Positions 38,444 through 49,487 of a stretch of 64,000 nt of DNA are shown piece by piece. Origin of the DNA: Flectonema sp. DT1601 (Eukaryota); the NCBI GenBank assembly GCA_964019425.1, contig OZ025791.1, positions 1,116,001 to 1,180,000 of the forward strand, in the 5' to 3' direction. Every line of letters begins with the position of its first letter. The first letter of the stretch is position 1. The notes under the pieces are model-generated. The model made no database searches. It worked only from the letters and a program-made list of their open reading frames with translations, and was not told the DNA's origin. The position numbers and the translations under genes were made by a program.

Positions 38444-39500
38444 TTTGCTTGGGTTGCTGTTGGAATTAGTAGTAGTTATAATATGATGTCACTTATGTGA
38501 TGAGAAGTATACTCCACGTCATTCTTGATTGGCGTGAACACCGCGAACAGTTTGTACCAATCAAATGAAGGAACACCATTGCTTGCAATAAAAAACTATC
38601 CCTAAATAAAAGGAAGTGAAATCGTTTACCTTTTGTAACACAAGATGGCTCCACAACTGCTTTGCTGTTGTATAAAGAAATCGACTTGCTGTTGGTCATT
38701 AACTTCGAGAAAATAATAAAAACTAAAACAGTGAGATTCTTTGGGTTTTCCCTACTTCAAAAAGTGCTGTCAACGAAAGCAACCGACATCGCCACGAAAT
38801 CTTTTTTTTTTTTTTGAAGCCAACACCTCTAAAGAAGCTCACTGGTAATAGTAATTCGGTACCGTAACTGTGAGACTCTCACAGGAGAGAAGAGATGTAA
38901 GTTAACCTGAAGTGACTACCCAGACCCAATGCATGCACGAAGCAGGCAGCGTAAGAAACGCCAATTTTTCGCCGAGGGAGTTCATTATGACTTCTGTCAA
39001 GTATGATTTTACAGTAAAAATAATCAAAGACCGCTGCACCAGTAGTCGTGTCAAATGCTTCCATAAATCAATTTCCAAGCCGAGTGTAGATACCCTGCAG
39101 GAAATCATGTTCTCTTCCCTTTTTAACTTTACAATCTGTGGTTAAAATAGCCCAGACACCCGACTACTTTAATCGAAGGTTTAATGCCTCGCGAGTTCTG
39201 GTAAGTCAAGTGTCGAACAGTCGAGTAGTCGTGTTGTAATGAGGGTCACATCAATTCTTAGACTGACACACTCTACTCGAGATACAATAACCCACTCATC
39301 AATAACAATTATCAGTCCGTTGTTGTCAATCTTTTGACAGTAATAATCAATCGTTTTGTTCACCCACCGTGTTGGGTTTGATTCCGTGGCAGAACACTGT
39401 CAGTTTAAGCAAAAATAATACGTAAAAAGAAAACAAGACGGATAAAACTAACCATGTGTTTTGAAAGGGAGACGCGAAGAGGGAGATTCTTTTGATTTAT

Positions 39501-41185
39501 CTAACGACGAGGTTTATGAGCACTGCCACCACAAGCCTCTGGATCGTCAAGTGGGAGCATCTTTACGATGTATCCGTCGCGTTTCGCCCAGATGCCACTT
39601 TGTCCGTTTACTCTGTGACGCCTAGTTTTTTTTTTTTTTTTAAGCCAAAATAGAAAAATGCAAAACAGAATTAGCTGCCAACAACAACACCATATATTCA
39701 TGACTGAATAACACACCAGGTAAAGTTCTTATCGTCGAGATCTATCTTACGTCTCTTCAACTCGTGCTCTAAATAATCAGCCTCAGGATAAGCTTTATTA
39801 AGTTTACACCTCTGTCTCTTCTGACAGATTTCTGTGACGAGCTTGGGAATCATGTTCCTGTTTTATTTTGTTTTTTTCGAGTATATTATCCCACTAGAGA
39901 ATGTATAGCAAGGCCTCAGATCGGGAACTATGAATAATCCTAATAGAGATAAAAAGAAATCATACCACGGAACAGGTGCAAATCTAAAGTCTAACTTTGG
40001 CTGTTCACTAAAAGGAGCAAAGGTACCCATCTGACCACATGCACTACTCCAAGTGCAATTGGTGTCATCCATGCGGACCCCCATTCTGATTATTTCTTGT
40101 TGAAGTGCGTCAGCCCGTTCGAAGATACGCTTCCTTCTGCAGGCCTGTCTGTCGTTGCACATTTCTATTACAATATCAGGGTCTACTTGATTAGCGTTTA
40201 ATAACTGAGCTTGTTCATTATTTAGAGATCTGCTTCTGCTTCGTTTGTCTCTACTCATGTCACGAGAACGAGTTCTGTCTCTTCTGTCTCTGCGATCACG
40301 ACTTCTTGTTCTCGAGCGGCTTTTTCTTCTGCTGCGGGAGTCGCGCCTACGACGATTCCTTCCACTGCTGCTGCTGCTGCTGCTGTGTCTTCGGCCTCTG
40401 CTGTGGCGACTTCTTCTTCCCCTACTTCTACTCCTGTCTCGTCTGTCTCTTCTTCCCCTGCTCTTAGATCTTGAGCGACTCCTCCTTCTGTCCTTGCTTC
40501 TCGATCTAGAACGGCTATTCTTCCTTTCCTTTCTGTCCTTATCCCTGCTTCTCGACCTTGAACGACTTCTTCTTCTGTCCCTGCTCCTGCTTCTCGAACG
40601 GCTCTTCTTCCTTTCCTTTCTGTCTTTATCTCTGCTTCTCGATCTAGAACGGCTCTTCTTCCTTTCCTTTCTGTCCTTATCTCTGCTTCTCGACCTTGAA
40701 CGACTTCTTCTTCTGTCTCTGCTCCTGCTTCTCGAACGGCTCTTCTTCCTTTCCTTCCTATCCTTATCTCTGCTTCTCGATCTAGAACGGCTCTTCTTCC
40801 TTTCCTTTCTATCCTTATCTCTGCTTCTCGACCTTGAACGACTTCTTCTTCTGTCCCTGCTCCTGCTTCTCGAACGGCTCTTCTTCCTTTCCTTTCTGTC
40901 TTTATCTCTGCTTCTCGATCTAGAACGGCTCTTCTTCCTTTCCTTTCTGTCCTTATCTCTGCTTCTCGACCTTGAACGACTTCTTCTTCTGTCTCTGCTT
41001 CTATCACGCCTGTCCCTACTCTTGCTTACTGAGCCGCTTCTATCTCTTCTGTCTCTACTTCTATCACGTCTGTCCCTACTCTTGCTTACTGAGCCGCTTC
41101 TATCTCTTCTGTCTCTGCTTCTCCCTCTTCTACTGCGACTTCGGGTTCTTCGCCGATCTCGGAGTTCCTCCTTGTCTTTCGTCAT
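39501..41185 (-). CDS. RS-repeat protein with two C-terminal CysRS-anticodon-domain-like repeats, 493 aa; exons 41185-39966, 39857-39717, 39621-39501
   Basis: About 320 aa of RS/RD repeats, then EMCNDRQACRRKRIFERADALQQEIIRMGVRMDDTNCTW. After splicing comes a second copy, EICQKRQRCKLNKAYPEADYLEHELKRRKIDLDDKNFTW. Confidence 0.8.
39622..39716 (-). other. GT-AG intron, 95 nt
   Basis: GTGTGT...A16-CTAG. Joins TG|G (Trp) in frame with the last exon. Confidence 0.8.
39858..39965 (-). other. GT-AG intron, 108 nt
   Basis: GTATGA...AAAAAAACAAAATAAAACAG. Removal places the second domain repeat in frame. Confidence 0.85.
40460..41120 (-). repeat. Coding tandem repeats: 138-bp higher-order unit (~3.5 copies) plus a 60-bp duplication
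   Basis: CTCGACCTTGAACGAC recurs at 40551, 40689, 40827 and 40965 (51+51+36-bp subunits). A 60-bp unit starts at 41001 and 41061. Confidence 0.9.
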
Positions 41186-42035
41186 TTCAGATTGTACCTG
41201 TGAGATATATGATACGATATCAACATAGTGAGTAGTAACCTTTCGGGTTATTGATGTTTTTAATAATGTTAAACACCTGGTGACAACGAATATTATTATT
41301 ATCAACGTGCAGCGGGATTGTTGCGTCACACTCGTATGGCGACCACTTGGACCAATTTACCTGTCCCCTTCCAGTGACGAGTTGCGATTACTTTGGTTGT
41401 TAGAGAGGGAAACGTTTGGCAGCTATTTCACTTGCGCAAACGAATCCAACTCGACTTTGAGCCAATTTTGGTCCTTGCTTTTTTTTTAAAGTTTTTTTTT
41501 TTTCTCCCCAAAGGAAAACTGTAATAACCCAACTGAACTAGGGAGGCAACAAGAAGTATTCAACTAAGAGTACGCTGACTACAGTTTCCAGAGATAGAGG
41601 GGTGGGGACAGTAGGCAGACCAGCTTACAAGATACGAACAAAGCACACCTCACCTTTAAACTAATCCGCTCGGCACAACGACACTATGACGCGGGATAGT
41701 ACGCGACATGGCGTGCTGCGCCTTCAGCCTTAGTTTTATTTCTTATAAATTTAAAAACAAAATTCTTCTTTTTTTTTTTTTTTTTTTTAAAGACAAATTC
41801 CTCAGGTATCATTTAGGTAAGATAAGAAACCCAGAGGTCGATGCCTGCGGCTCATGTTTCTGACCGCCATGCTATATCATAATTCAGCCTAGTCCTCTCC
41901 TCTACTGGCTAATGACCCTTTTTTTTTTTTTTTTGTTGGTCAGAAGACAATATACCACTTGTTGTTGTTGTTTTTTTATTTCTTTCTTTCTTGTTTGTTC
42001 GGATACACGAAGCGATGCGCACGCTTCTCAATTTA

Positions 42036-42934
42036 CTAATCAGCTAATCTTCTTCCTTGTCCCCACCTATGAGGGATGTTTTGCTGTGCTCCTTCTGCTG
42101 CATTCATCGTCTGTTAGTATTGTAGTTGTTGTGTTGTACTTATAGATGCATTTCAATTAAATATAAAATATACATACGTGAACACCAGCAACTGATGTCA
42201 CCCCAATTCTCATTGGTGGGAAGATGTTGTACATGAATTGAGGAGTTTCAGCAAGAGAGAAGTTATGAGTTTGTGGAAAGACATCTTTAAAACAAACGTA
42301 AATATGACCAGCGATCACACCAGCAATATCATCAGCAGGACTCGCTCCCATAATAACGTGAATTAGTGTTAAGATCCAAGGGAAGTATCCGGCACGGAAA
42401 GAGAATCCATAAAATACGAGCTGTTGGTCTTCGTGTCTCTTACACCAAACCCAAACAATTCCCATTGAAAATGCTTTTGAAATTACCACCATATCCAGCA
42501 AGTAGGACATTGGGTATAGAGCCAAGACAATAATCAACATCATCCAAACGTGGTCAGCTGTTCTTCCCATAAAACCTTGCGGTGCTTCTTCTTCTTCTAA
42601 TCTCTTTTGATATATAACAAGGAATACTAAGTTGAACATGAATGACATTGAAAAAGGTCCCAAAAAGAAGACTGAAGTAATCAATCTCCATGGCTGCATA
42701 GGAACCATCGGCCAAATCAAAAAAAACAACCTCATGTCAATCCATCCAAAGGTAGCTGCTGATGCTGAGAGCTGTTTGGGTTTTTTTTTTTTTTTTTTTT
42801 TTTCGGTATTTTTTTCAAAAAAAAAAAAACGAATATTATTTCTAATAACAAATTCAACATACGATACAAGCAATGAGGGTAAACTTCGTAACCGGTCCCA
42901 GACTCCCCCACCAGGATTCGAATGTCTGAGCCAT
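42036..42934 (-). CDS. DER1: Derlin (Der1-like ERAD membrane protein), 246 aa; exons 42934-42863, 42771-42178, 42110-42036
   Basis: Spliced product MAQTFESWWGSLGPVTKF..QPWRLITSVFFLG..YFPW..GVIAGHIY..ETPQF..HRWGQGRRL. It has the WR motif, GxxxG and a C-terminal SHP box. Confidence 0.92.
42111..42177 (-). other. GT-AG intron, 67 nt
   Basis: GTATGT...TACTAACAG. Removal adds the SHP-box exon in frame. Confidence 0.9.
42772..42862 (-). other. GT-AG intron, 91 nt
   Basis: GTATGT...U13...A23-CCCAAACAG. Removal supplies a canonical Derlin N-terminus. Confidence 0.9.
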
Positions 42935-43701
42935 TTTATTTCTAATCCTGTATTATATATTTTACCAATAATCAGATTATCACAAAGAGTTAAAAGTATT
43001 CGTCGTCATAATTAGAACTAATTATAGTTTCATGATGTTACTACTGAATAGAACAGAAATAATTTAAAAAAAAAAAAAAAAAAAAACGAAGAACAATAAT
43101 CAAACCAAACTTCCACTATATATCAATTCTCTCTAGAACCTTTGAAAAAATGTAAAGGTATAAGGAATTGAGCTTGTGTAGACGTTCCTTAACAACGGTC
43201 GGTTGTTGCAAAGGGGAAAAGAGAAGGCAATGTTGATATGTACAACAGCTCATCCACTACGGGATATGCTGGATAGAGGGGAAAACAACATCAACGCCCA
43301 CCTGAAATAAAATTTCAACAGCCTGCACTGCACGGATCGGTTATTCAAAAAAAAAAAAAAAAAAAATTTAAAAAATTATTATAAATGAAATGCAGAGAAA
43401 ATACAGTTCCCTGTCAATCGGGAGCCGCCTCATTGAGCTCTGTGATACAAACCACTACTCTGCTCTTCTTTTTTAAAAAGAGATTCCATTTCACGAATTA
43501 TTTAACATCACTGGTGGATACGTAGACCACAATAATAACTTTTGCTTACTTTTTTTGAAAACTGACTTGGACAAAAATATTAAAATAAAGAAAAAATAAA
43601 AATACTAAGCGAGTTAAGAAAAGAGTTATAGTTATTGTTAAGGGGAGTAAAACAGAATGGAAAAAAAGCTCGAGACAAACTCGCTGCTGTGATTGAGAAA
43701 T

Positions 43702-44260
43702 CTAAAGCTCTTTTGCTGCTTGTTCATCTTCTTCTTCTTCCGCAGCGTCGTGGTATGCCTGTTTTTTTTTTTTTTTTTTTCCTTTGAAAAAAACCACAAT
43801 GAAAACAAATGCACACCTTGTAGGCGATTCCAAACCCTTGCATGCTAGAGGAGTACGTTTCGACAGCATTCTTTACAAATGATGCAAACTGTGATGGGTT
43901 AGGTGGGAGGTACTGATCCATGTGCATGACTGCGTGGAATGATCCATCGTGTTCCTCAAGTGATATTTTAGCGAATCGGTACTTGTGATTCCAAAGATTA
44001 ACAGCTGGGAAGTCATCCAATAGTTTCGCACTCGTAGCTGCCCAACTTGTTCTGAAGTACAGTAATTCTGGTTCAGGTAACGATGCTTGAAACTGTACGT
44101 CATCACCGTTTGAAATAGAAATTAGTTTCTTCTCTTCACTCAATACCTCTACGTCACCAATCTTAAGACCTTGTAGAATGTCTACTAACGTTTTGAATTT
44201 CATTTCCTCAGCAGATCCTCCAACTGCCAACAGCAGTGCAGCAGACAGGATGCGAAACAT
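43702..44260 (-). CDS. Signal-peptide-bearing YbjN-like protein ending in AKEL, 166 aa; exons 44260-43817 and 43758-43702
   Basis: MFRILSAALLLAVGGSA signal peptide. AVNLWNHKYRFAKISL resembles the YbjN NxWN..rf.k motif. Spliced tail is AYHDAAEEEEDEQAAKEL*. Confidence 0.7.
43759..43816 (-). other. GT-AG intron, 58 nt
   Basis: GTGTGC...GG-A19-CAG. Removal yields an acidic tail with a KDEL-like end. Confidence 0.8.
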
Positions 44261-44696
44261 TGTAAATGTAAGAGGGAAGCCTTTTGATAAAAATAATTAC
44301 ACAAAAATAGTCAACAGATCAGATATTTAAATAACAAGTTCATCAACAGCTTGTCTATTAGAGAAAAAAAAAGGTTTCTTGAATTCAAAATTTAAACAAC
44401 TGCATGAAAAAGAAACACAAAAAGGACTTCGTTAAATTAGGGAATTGTGTAAGTGGCTAAAATTGCCTATAAAATTGTTGAAAAATAGATAATTTTTTTT
44501 TTCACAAAATTTTAGCTAGAATACGAAAAAAAAAGACATGAAAAAAAAAAAAGAAAAAAGAGACGAAAAAAGAAATAATTGCTAAAAAGCCCACTGCGGA
44601 AGCAATGGCCCTTATATAATAACATTTCCGCGTTTGAAGAAAAAAATGTACGTTAGCAGCCGCTTCGAAAATACAAAATAAACGTAATGAATAACC

Positions 44697-47600
44697 TCAT
44701 TTGTGTATCCTCGTTGGAGGGAGTGTCTGTCCTCTTTTTAAATGCTGTGGAATGATTGCTGGATTTCTGTGAAGTTGTCTTTTTCTACGATGATCTCTTC
44801 GAACTCGAGTTGGTTCCTTGAGTCCAACTCTTTCTTGTGCTAATTCCACTTCCAAGTTTGAACGAACTGTTTTTGGAGCATTAGCCAGAGAAACACAATA
44901 AAATATAATACCAATAGTAATAAACACAGCAGATAACACATAAGAGGTATACAGAAATAGTTTTCCGTGAGTTGCCAATGGACCACAGAGATCTGAATCT
45001 GCTTTCCAAATTAAAACATTTCCAATAACAAACCAAAGTAATATAAAGATTGTTAATATGACAATAAGACAACCAGAGGCCCACATCTTTGTGAGTGTTA
45101 GATCCCAGTTGGCAAGACCAGAGTTCCACACCTTTGCAACACTTCTTAATAATAAACCAATTAGTATAGAACTTGTCAATCCTTCAACAAGAAACCACGT
45201 CGTTAACATGTCGATATTACACGTACTGGAACCAGGATCTGTGGCATGCACACACCCTTTTGATTCGTTCCTTTGAGTACAGGTACCCTTTCCCATAGAA
45301 GTAATTGATACAAATAACGGCCACACACCAAAAACAGCCAACAATATCACAAAAAACGTCGCAAGCATCGGAATGTATTTTGCTTTCCGACTGCCACCAG
45401 CGAGTTTATCTGGTTTTAAAATTGATTTTCCAGGAGCAACGTCAACTTCAGCAGAGCTGTCAGTAGGATGACTCGTCTTTCTCCACGGGAATTTAGTACC
45501 CTTTGGATCATGTTTGATGTGAGAAAAGACATCTTCACAGAGAGGGAGGGGATACAAGTCTTCGTAAATTCGTTCTGTGCAATCGAATAAAATTGCTTTT
45601 GCTGTTCCTCCGAATTCACAGATATCTTCCAGTTCACTACGCAAATGAGATTCTGAGAAAATAACTGCAGGCCACGGCATAAAAGAGTGACTACATTCAA
45701 ACTCATCAACAGTAGTGTCTGTGCTGCATAGGACGATTTCGAAGTTTTTCTTTTTCGAATATCTTTCATAGAATTGAATTAGTCGCTCGACATTCGGAGA
45801 GTCTCTGCGTTCCTTAGCAAGCATCCAACTTGCAGCAAGCAACACAATAATATATGATTTATCGTAACAGACTTTTTCAGTTGGTGTTATTCTTGAGCTG
45901 ACCTCATCTTTTGTTAAGAGGTACTCACCAAACCAAGATATGAAAATAGAGTTATCGTTGTATACAAATGGATGTGTCCAGCAGCTTCGCTTTAAAGGCA
46001 GACTTGAGGATCGAGATATGTCATGCAGGGTGATCCAGGAGTTTTTATGCCATCCTTGAAAAGCCCACGCGGTGGGATCCGCTTGAGGAGCATCTTCCGA
46101 TGTCAGGAATATATAACCGCAGATTAAAGCTTCACTTTCAAGTGAAATTTCAATCTCAGCGACACCCGACGGGGATTCATCTCTCCATATTTTATTATCA
46201 CTTGTTATTAAGTTACCTGCTGAGAGATCATCTGGTGACTTTCCATTAATACTCACAATTGATTTGATGGAAATGATGTCGCTGTCTTTTCCAATCAGTC
46301 GAAGTGCCCCAAGTTGAAAGGCTGTTTCTGAAGAAAGGTCAGTTCGTTTTCGGCCTCTGCTGTGCTGTTCTAGTCGGTGTTCCCAACCACTTTCTGAATT
46401 GTCGTTGATTGATTGACCACCTCGGTTAGCAGTGAATACAAATCTAAGTTTAGAATATTGTCTGGCCTTTGCTACTTCGCGAGTACTCTTCTTTCGAGAT
46501 GTCTTCAAACGAGACCAGTGAGTTGGAATCCCACAAAACAGAGGAGAAGCACCTGCAGCTGGAACGTAACAATCCTTCGGACTTACAATCCGAGGACGTT
46601 GCAACACAATTTGGGTCATCGCTGACATGTTCGTTGAACAATCACCAGAAAATGATTTTATTATCGACGAGACAGTTATCTGATTACTGTCATTGGTACA
46701 GAAAGCCTTCCACAGCTGGATTATTTCACCAAAGCAAACATCCCATCTGTTTGATAAGTAACTCTCTGTTGCATCATGAACAGCTTCAATACCTGTCCCA
46801 CTAATATTTAAAGTATCCTGACCTATAACATCAGACAGTAACGTAAGGTCTGTTGATGCTGAATCAGCAGAGAAGATTTCAACTAATTTTAGTACCCAGG
46901 CCGTGGCAAGGGGTAGAAGGATTGCTTTGCTGGTTGTCAGAAGGCATTCAAATAGTTTCGATGCCTCCTCTTCGGATACAATTCCAGTTAGAGAACTACA
47001 AAAAGAGTCTACAGCTCTCTCAAGTATATCTCGGTAACTCGATACCACTCGAAGAGTTGTTGTTTCAAGTGTGGCTAAGGCACTTGCGATTCCAACCTTT
47101 TGAATGTCTTCATCCAACTTCATGAGGTTTGCTTCTAAAGTATCAGCAGCGCAATGGAGATAACGTTCTACGTAAGCTCTCTGTCGAACATCTTCTGGCA
47201 TGTCAGACATATCACCTGAAAGTGAAAAATGCCGCTTCAGTGACTTTGGTGATGTCGGAGAAGTAATTTCTTCAGCCGGAATTGTAATACTCACTTGAAG
47301 AGGGTTGTCTGAACTTCTTTCAAACTTCTCACTTCCCAGAACTCTTCCTTTCTTTAGTGAAGACTCACTTTTGATTTCACTTTTAATGCACTTCGAGTCT
47401 ACGTCTTGTTCTCGCTTAAGTCTGTTCGTCAGATCATTTTCAACCGGAGCAGTGACAGCACTCATTCGATCATCGTTGTCATCAACGACATCGATATTCG
47501 GATCTGTAATTATGTTATCGTTTTCTGTTGTACCTCTTTCTTCACTTTCTTCTTCACTTCCTTCTCGTTCAGATGAGGAGTCGCTGGGTGGTTTCTCGTT

Positions 47601-49184
47601 CTTTTTCTTAACTTTCAACGAGTCAACATTGTGATCGAGTGTTGCATTAGTTTTATCGTCTTCTTCATTCTGTTGATTAACTAGAGTTGATTTAGTTTTG
47701 AACTCATCAATTGTGGTGACTCCCCCGCAGTCAACTTCAGGAATGTCGTCTTCAGTTTGATCTGCTGGTGGTGTTTTAATATTTGGTGAGTCCGTGAGAT
47801 TAGATTCCCTGCAGACATCTTCCTCATCGATTGCTGGAGTCTTGTCGTTGGTTTTGTCTGATTGTTGACAATCCACTACCAGTGGTGGTGGTGGTGGTGT
47901 CTTCTCTTTTGTTTTATTTGAGTCATCAGTTGTGGAATTGGGTTCTCTGTTGCCCTCATCGGCTCTGCTTTTCTTTATTTTAACGTTCGGTGATTTATCA
48001 TTTTTGAGATCGGATTCGTCTTCTTTAGTTGTCAACCGATCGCTCTGTTTAGTAGTGGAGGAGGTGGAGGAGGAGGGAACTTTCTTTTTCTTTCTTTTGA
48101 CTTTAGAGGATCCGACATCATTTATATGTTTGGTTAATAAAACCTCTTCCTGACTACAGTCCGGGATGGGTGTTTTGGTTTTGTTTTCTTCAGTTTTTGG
48201 AGGGTCGACATTACCGACAGAGATGACGTCCTCCTCGAAACCATCCTCAGCTCGACTCTCAACTTTGTCATCGTCAGAGTGGCTGACGGAAGCTGGTGTT
48301 TCGTTTTTCTTCATTTCAGACGAGACTAAATGATCGTCTTCTACTTTATTAGAGATGACTTTCGGAGAGTCACCAACAGAGCTCACTTCCCTATTGCTAT
48401 CGTGTGATGTTACTACAGGACCATCTTCAGTCACATTGTCATTTGTACAATTGACTGACGGGGATATGTTTTTCTTCTTCTTTCTAACTTTAGTGTGTGC
48501 TTCCCTGTCTGTTTCATGTGACTCAGAGCTGTCATTTTTTTGTTGCAGATCACATGTAGTTGGTGTTTCTTTTTCAGCTGTTTTGAGTTCGGGAGACTTG
48601 GAATCGACAGTGTTGTCAGTCTCTTGGATTGGTTTATCATCCGTGTCTGTGTGTGGAATATGAATTGAGTCTTTATCTGAAGTGTATTTTATATCATCGT
48701 CTGATGTGTGATCTGTTTTTATAACTTCTTGAGATGACTTTTGTTTTGAATGCTTTTCCTTTTTTAATTTAACTTCGATGGCTTTATCTTGAGGGGTAGA
48801 GCGTTGTTTTTTCTTAGTCTTCTTGTGAATTACTTCATCATTGGGTAAGCCATCGTTGATGGATTGCTGTAGATCTTCAGTTTCGGTTGGTGTCGAAGTT
48901 GGAGTGTTGCGAGCATCAGAGTCGGTCTGCATATTACCGAATGTAGATTTCTTATTCTTATTAGGAAGACTCGAATCAGACGGTGTCGGGTCGTGTTGTG
49001 TGTCTTCCGCCGATGTTTTTTGTTTTCCCTTTTTTTTTTTATCCTTTCCAAGTAGAACAGCATCTGTACCAGCATCATTTATCATATCAAGAATTACGTC
49101 CGAGTCTTCTGTTGGTTTTGACTTCTTCTTTTTCTTCTTCGTCACCACAACACCTTCTCTCGTCCATTCCATTGTTTCAGGCAT
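44697..49184 (-). CDS. Large membrane protein: disordered N-terminus, F5/8-like beta-sandwich, inactive tryparedoxin-like domain, ~4 C-terminal TM helices
   Basis: 1495 aa from the first ATG (49184). Motifs: EDAPQADPTAWAFQG..WITL; IIVLLAASW..LIQFYE..KNFEIVLCSTD..MPWPAV..DPKGTKFPW; hydrophobic C-terminal segments. Confidence 0.8.
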   Translation of the reverse strand: MPETMEWTREGVVVTKKKKKKSKPTEDSDVILDMINDAGTDAVLLGKDKKKKGKQKTSAEDTQHDPTPSDSSLPNKNKKSTFGNMQTDSDARNTPTSTPTETEDLQQSINDGLPNDEVIHKKTKKKQRSTPQDKAIEVKLKKEKHSKQKSSQEVIKTDHTSDDDIKYTSDKDSIHIPHTDTDDKPIQETDNTVDSKSPELKTAEKETPTTCDLQQKNDSSESHETDREAHTKVRKKKKNISPSVNCTNDNVTEDGPVVTSHDSNREVSSVGDSPKVISNKVEDDHLVSSEMKKNETPASVSHSDDDKVESRAEDGFEEDVISVGNVDPPKTEENKTKTPIPDCSQEEVLLTKHINDVGSSKVKRKKKKVPSSSTSSTTKQSDRLTTKEDESDLKNDKSPNVKIKKSRADEGNREPNSTTDDSNKTKEKTPPPPPLVVDCQQSDKTNDKTPAIDEEDVCRESNLTDSPNIKTPPADQTEDDIPEVDCGGVTTIDEFKTKSTLVNQQNEEDDKTNATLDHNVDSLKVKKKNEKPPSDSSSEREGSEEESEERGTTENDNIITDPNIDVVDDNDDRMSAVTAPVENDLTNRLKREQDVDSKCIKSEIKSESSLKKGRVLGSEKFERSSDNPLQVSITIPAEEITSPTSPKSLKRHFSLSGDMSDMPEDVRQRAYVERYLHCAADTLEANLMKLDEDIQKVGIASALATLETTTLRVVSSYRDILERAVDSFCSSLTGIVSEEEASKLFECLLTTSKAILLPLATAWVLKLVEIFSADSASTDLTLLSDVIGQDTLNISGTGIEAVHDATESYLSNRWDVCFGEIIQLWKAFCTNDSNQITVSSIIKSFSGDCSTNMSAMTQIVLQRPRIVSPKDCYVPAAGASPLFCGIPTHWSRLKTSRKKSTREVAKARQYSKLRFVFTANRGGQSINDNSESGWEHRLEQHSRGRKRTDLSSETAFQLGALRLIGKDSDIISIKSIVSINGKSPDDLSAGNLITSDNKIWRDESPSGVAEIEISLESEALICGYIFLTSEDAPQADPTAWAFQGWHKNSWITLHDISRSSSLPLKRSCWTHPFVYNDNSIFISWFGEYLLTKDEVSSRITPTEKVCYDKSYIIVLLAASWMLAKERRDSPNVERLIQFYERYSKKKNFEIVLCSTDTTVDEFECSHSFMPWPAVIFSESHLRSELEDICEFGGTAKAILFDCTERIYEDLYPLPLCEDVFSHIKHDPKGTKFPWRKTSHPTDSSAEVDVAPGKSILKPDKLAGGSRKAKYIPMLATFFVILLAVFGVWPLFVSITSMGKGTCTQRNESKGCVHATDPGSSTCNIDMLTTWFLVEGLTSSILIGLLLRSVAKVWNSGLANWDLTLTKMWASGCLIVILTIFILLWFVIGNVLIWKADSDLCGPLATHGKLFLYTSYVLSAVFITIGIIFYCVSLANAPKTVRSNLEVELAQERVGLKEPTRVRRDHRRKRQLHRNPAIIPQHLKRGQTLPPTRIHK

Positions 49185-49487
49185 CGTTAAAGTACAGCTA
49201 CCCAACTAACCTTTTGAGTAATGGTAGATAATAAAATACGGTTAAAACTGAAAAACACTATTTTAATAGGGTTGTAACAAAAATAAATAAAAAATAAGTC
49301 AAAACTAAAAAATAAGAAAATTTGGGTAAGTGACTAACCTCAGTTAATACGTTCGATTTTTAATAACAAAAAGAACAACAAAAATAAGTGTAACTGATAA
49401 GGATTACAGTTTGAAATGTATTCAACCAATTAGTAGTAAAAATTATTCAAGTCTGTAAGACTTGTGTACTTGAGGTGTTAAAGTAAA

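Noticed and set aside
40245..41228. 327-aa Leu-rich plus-strand ORF and 250-aa alternative-frame ORF
   Set aside because: Both are shadows of the stop-poor RS tandem repeat.
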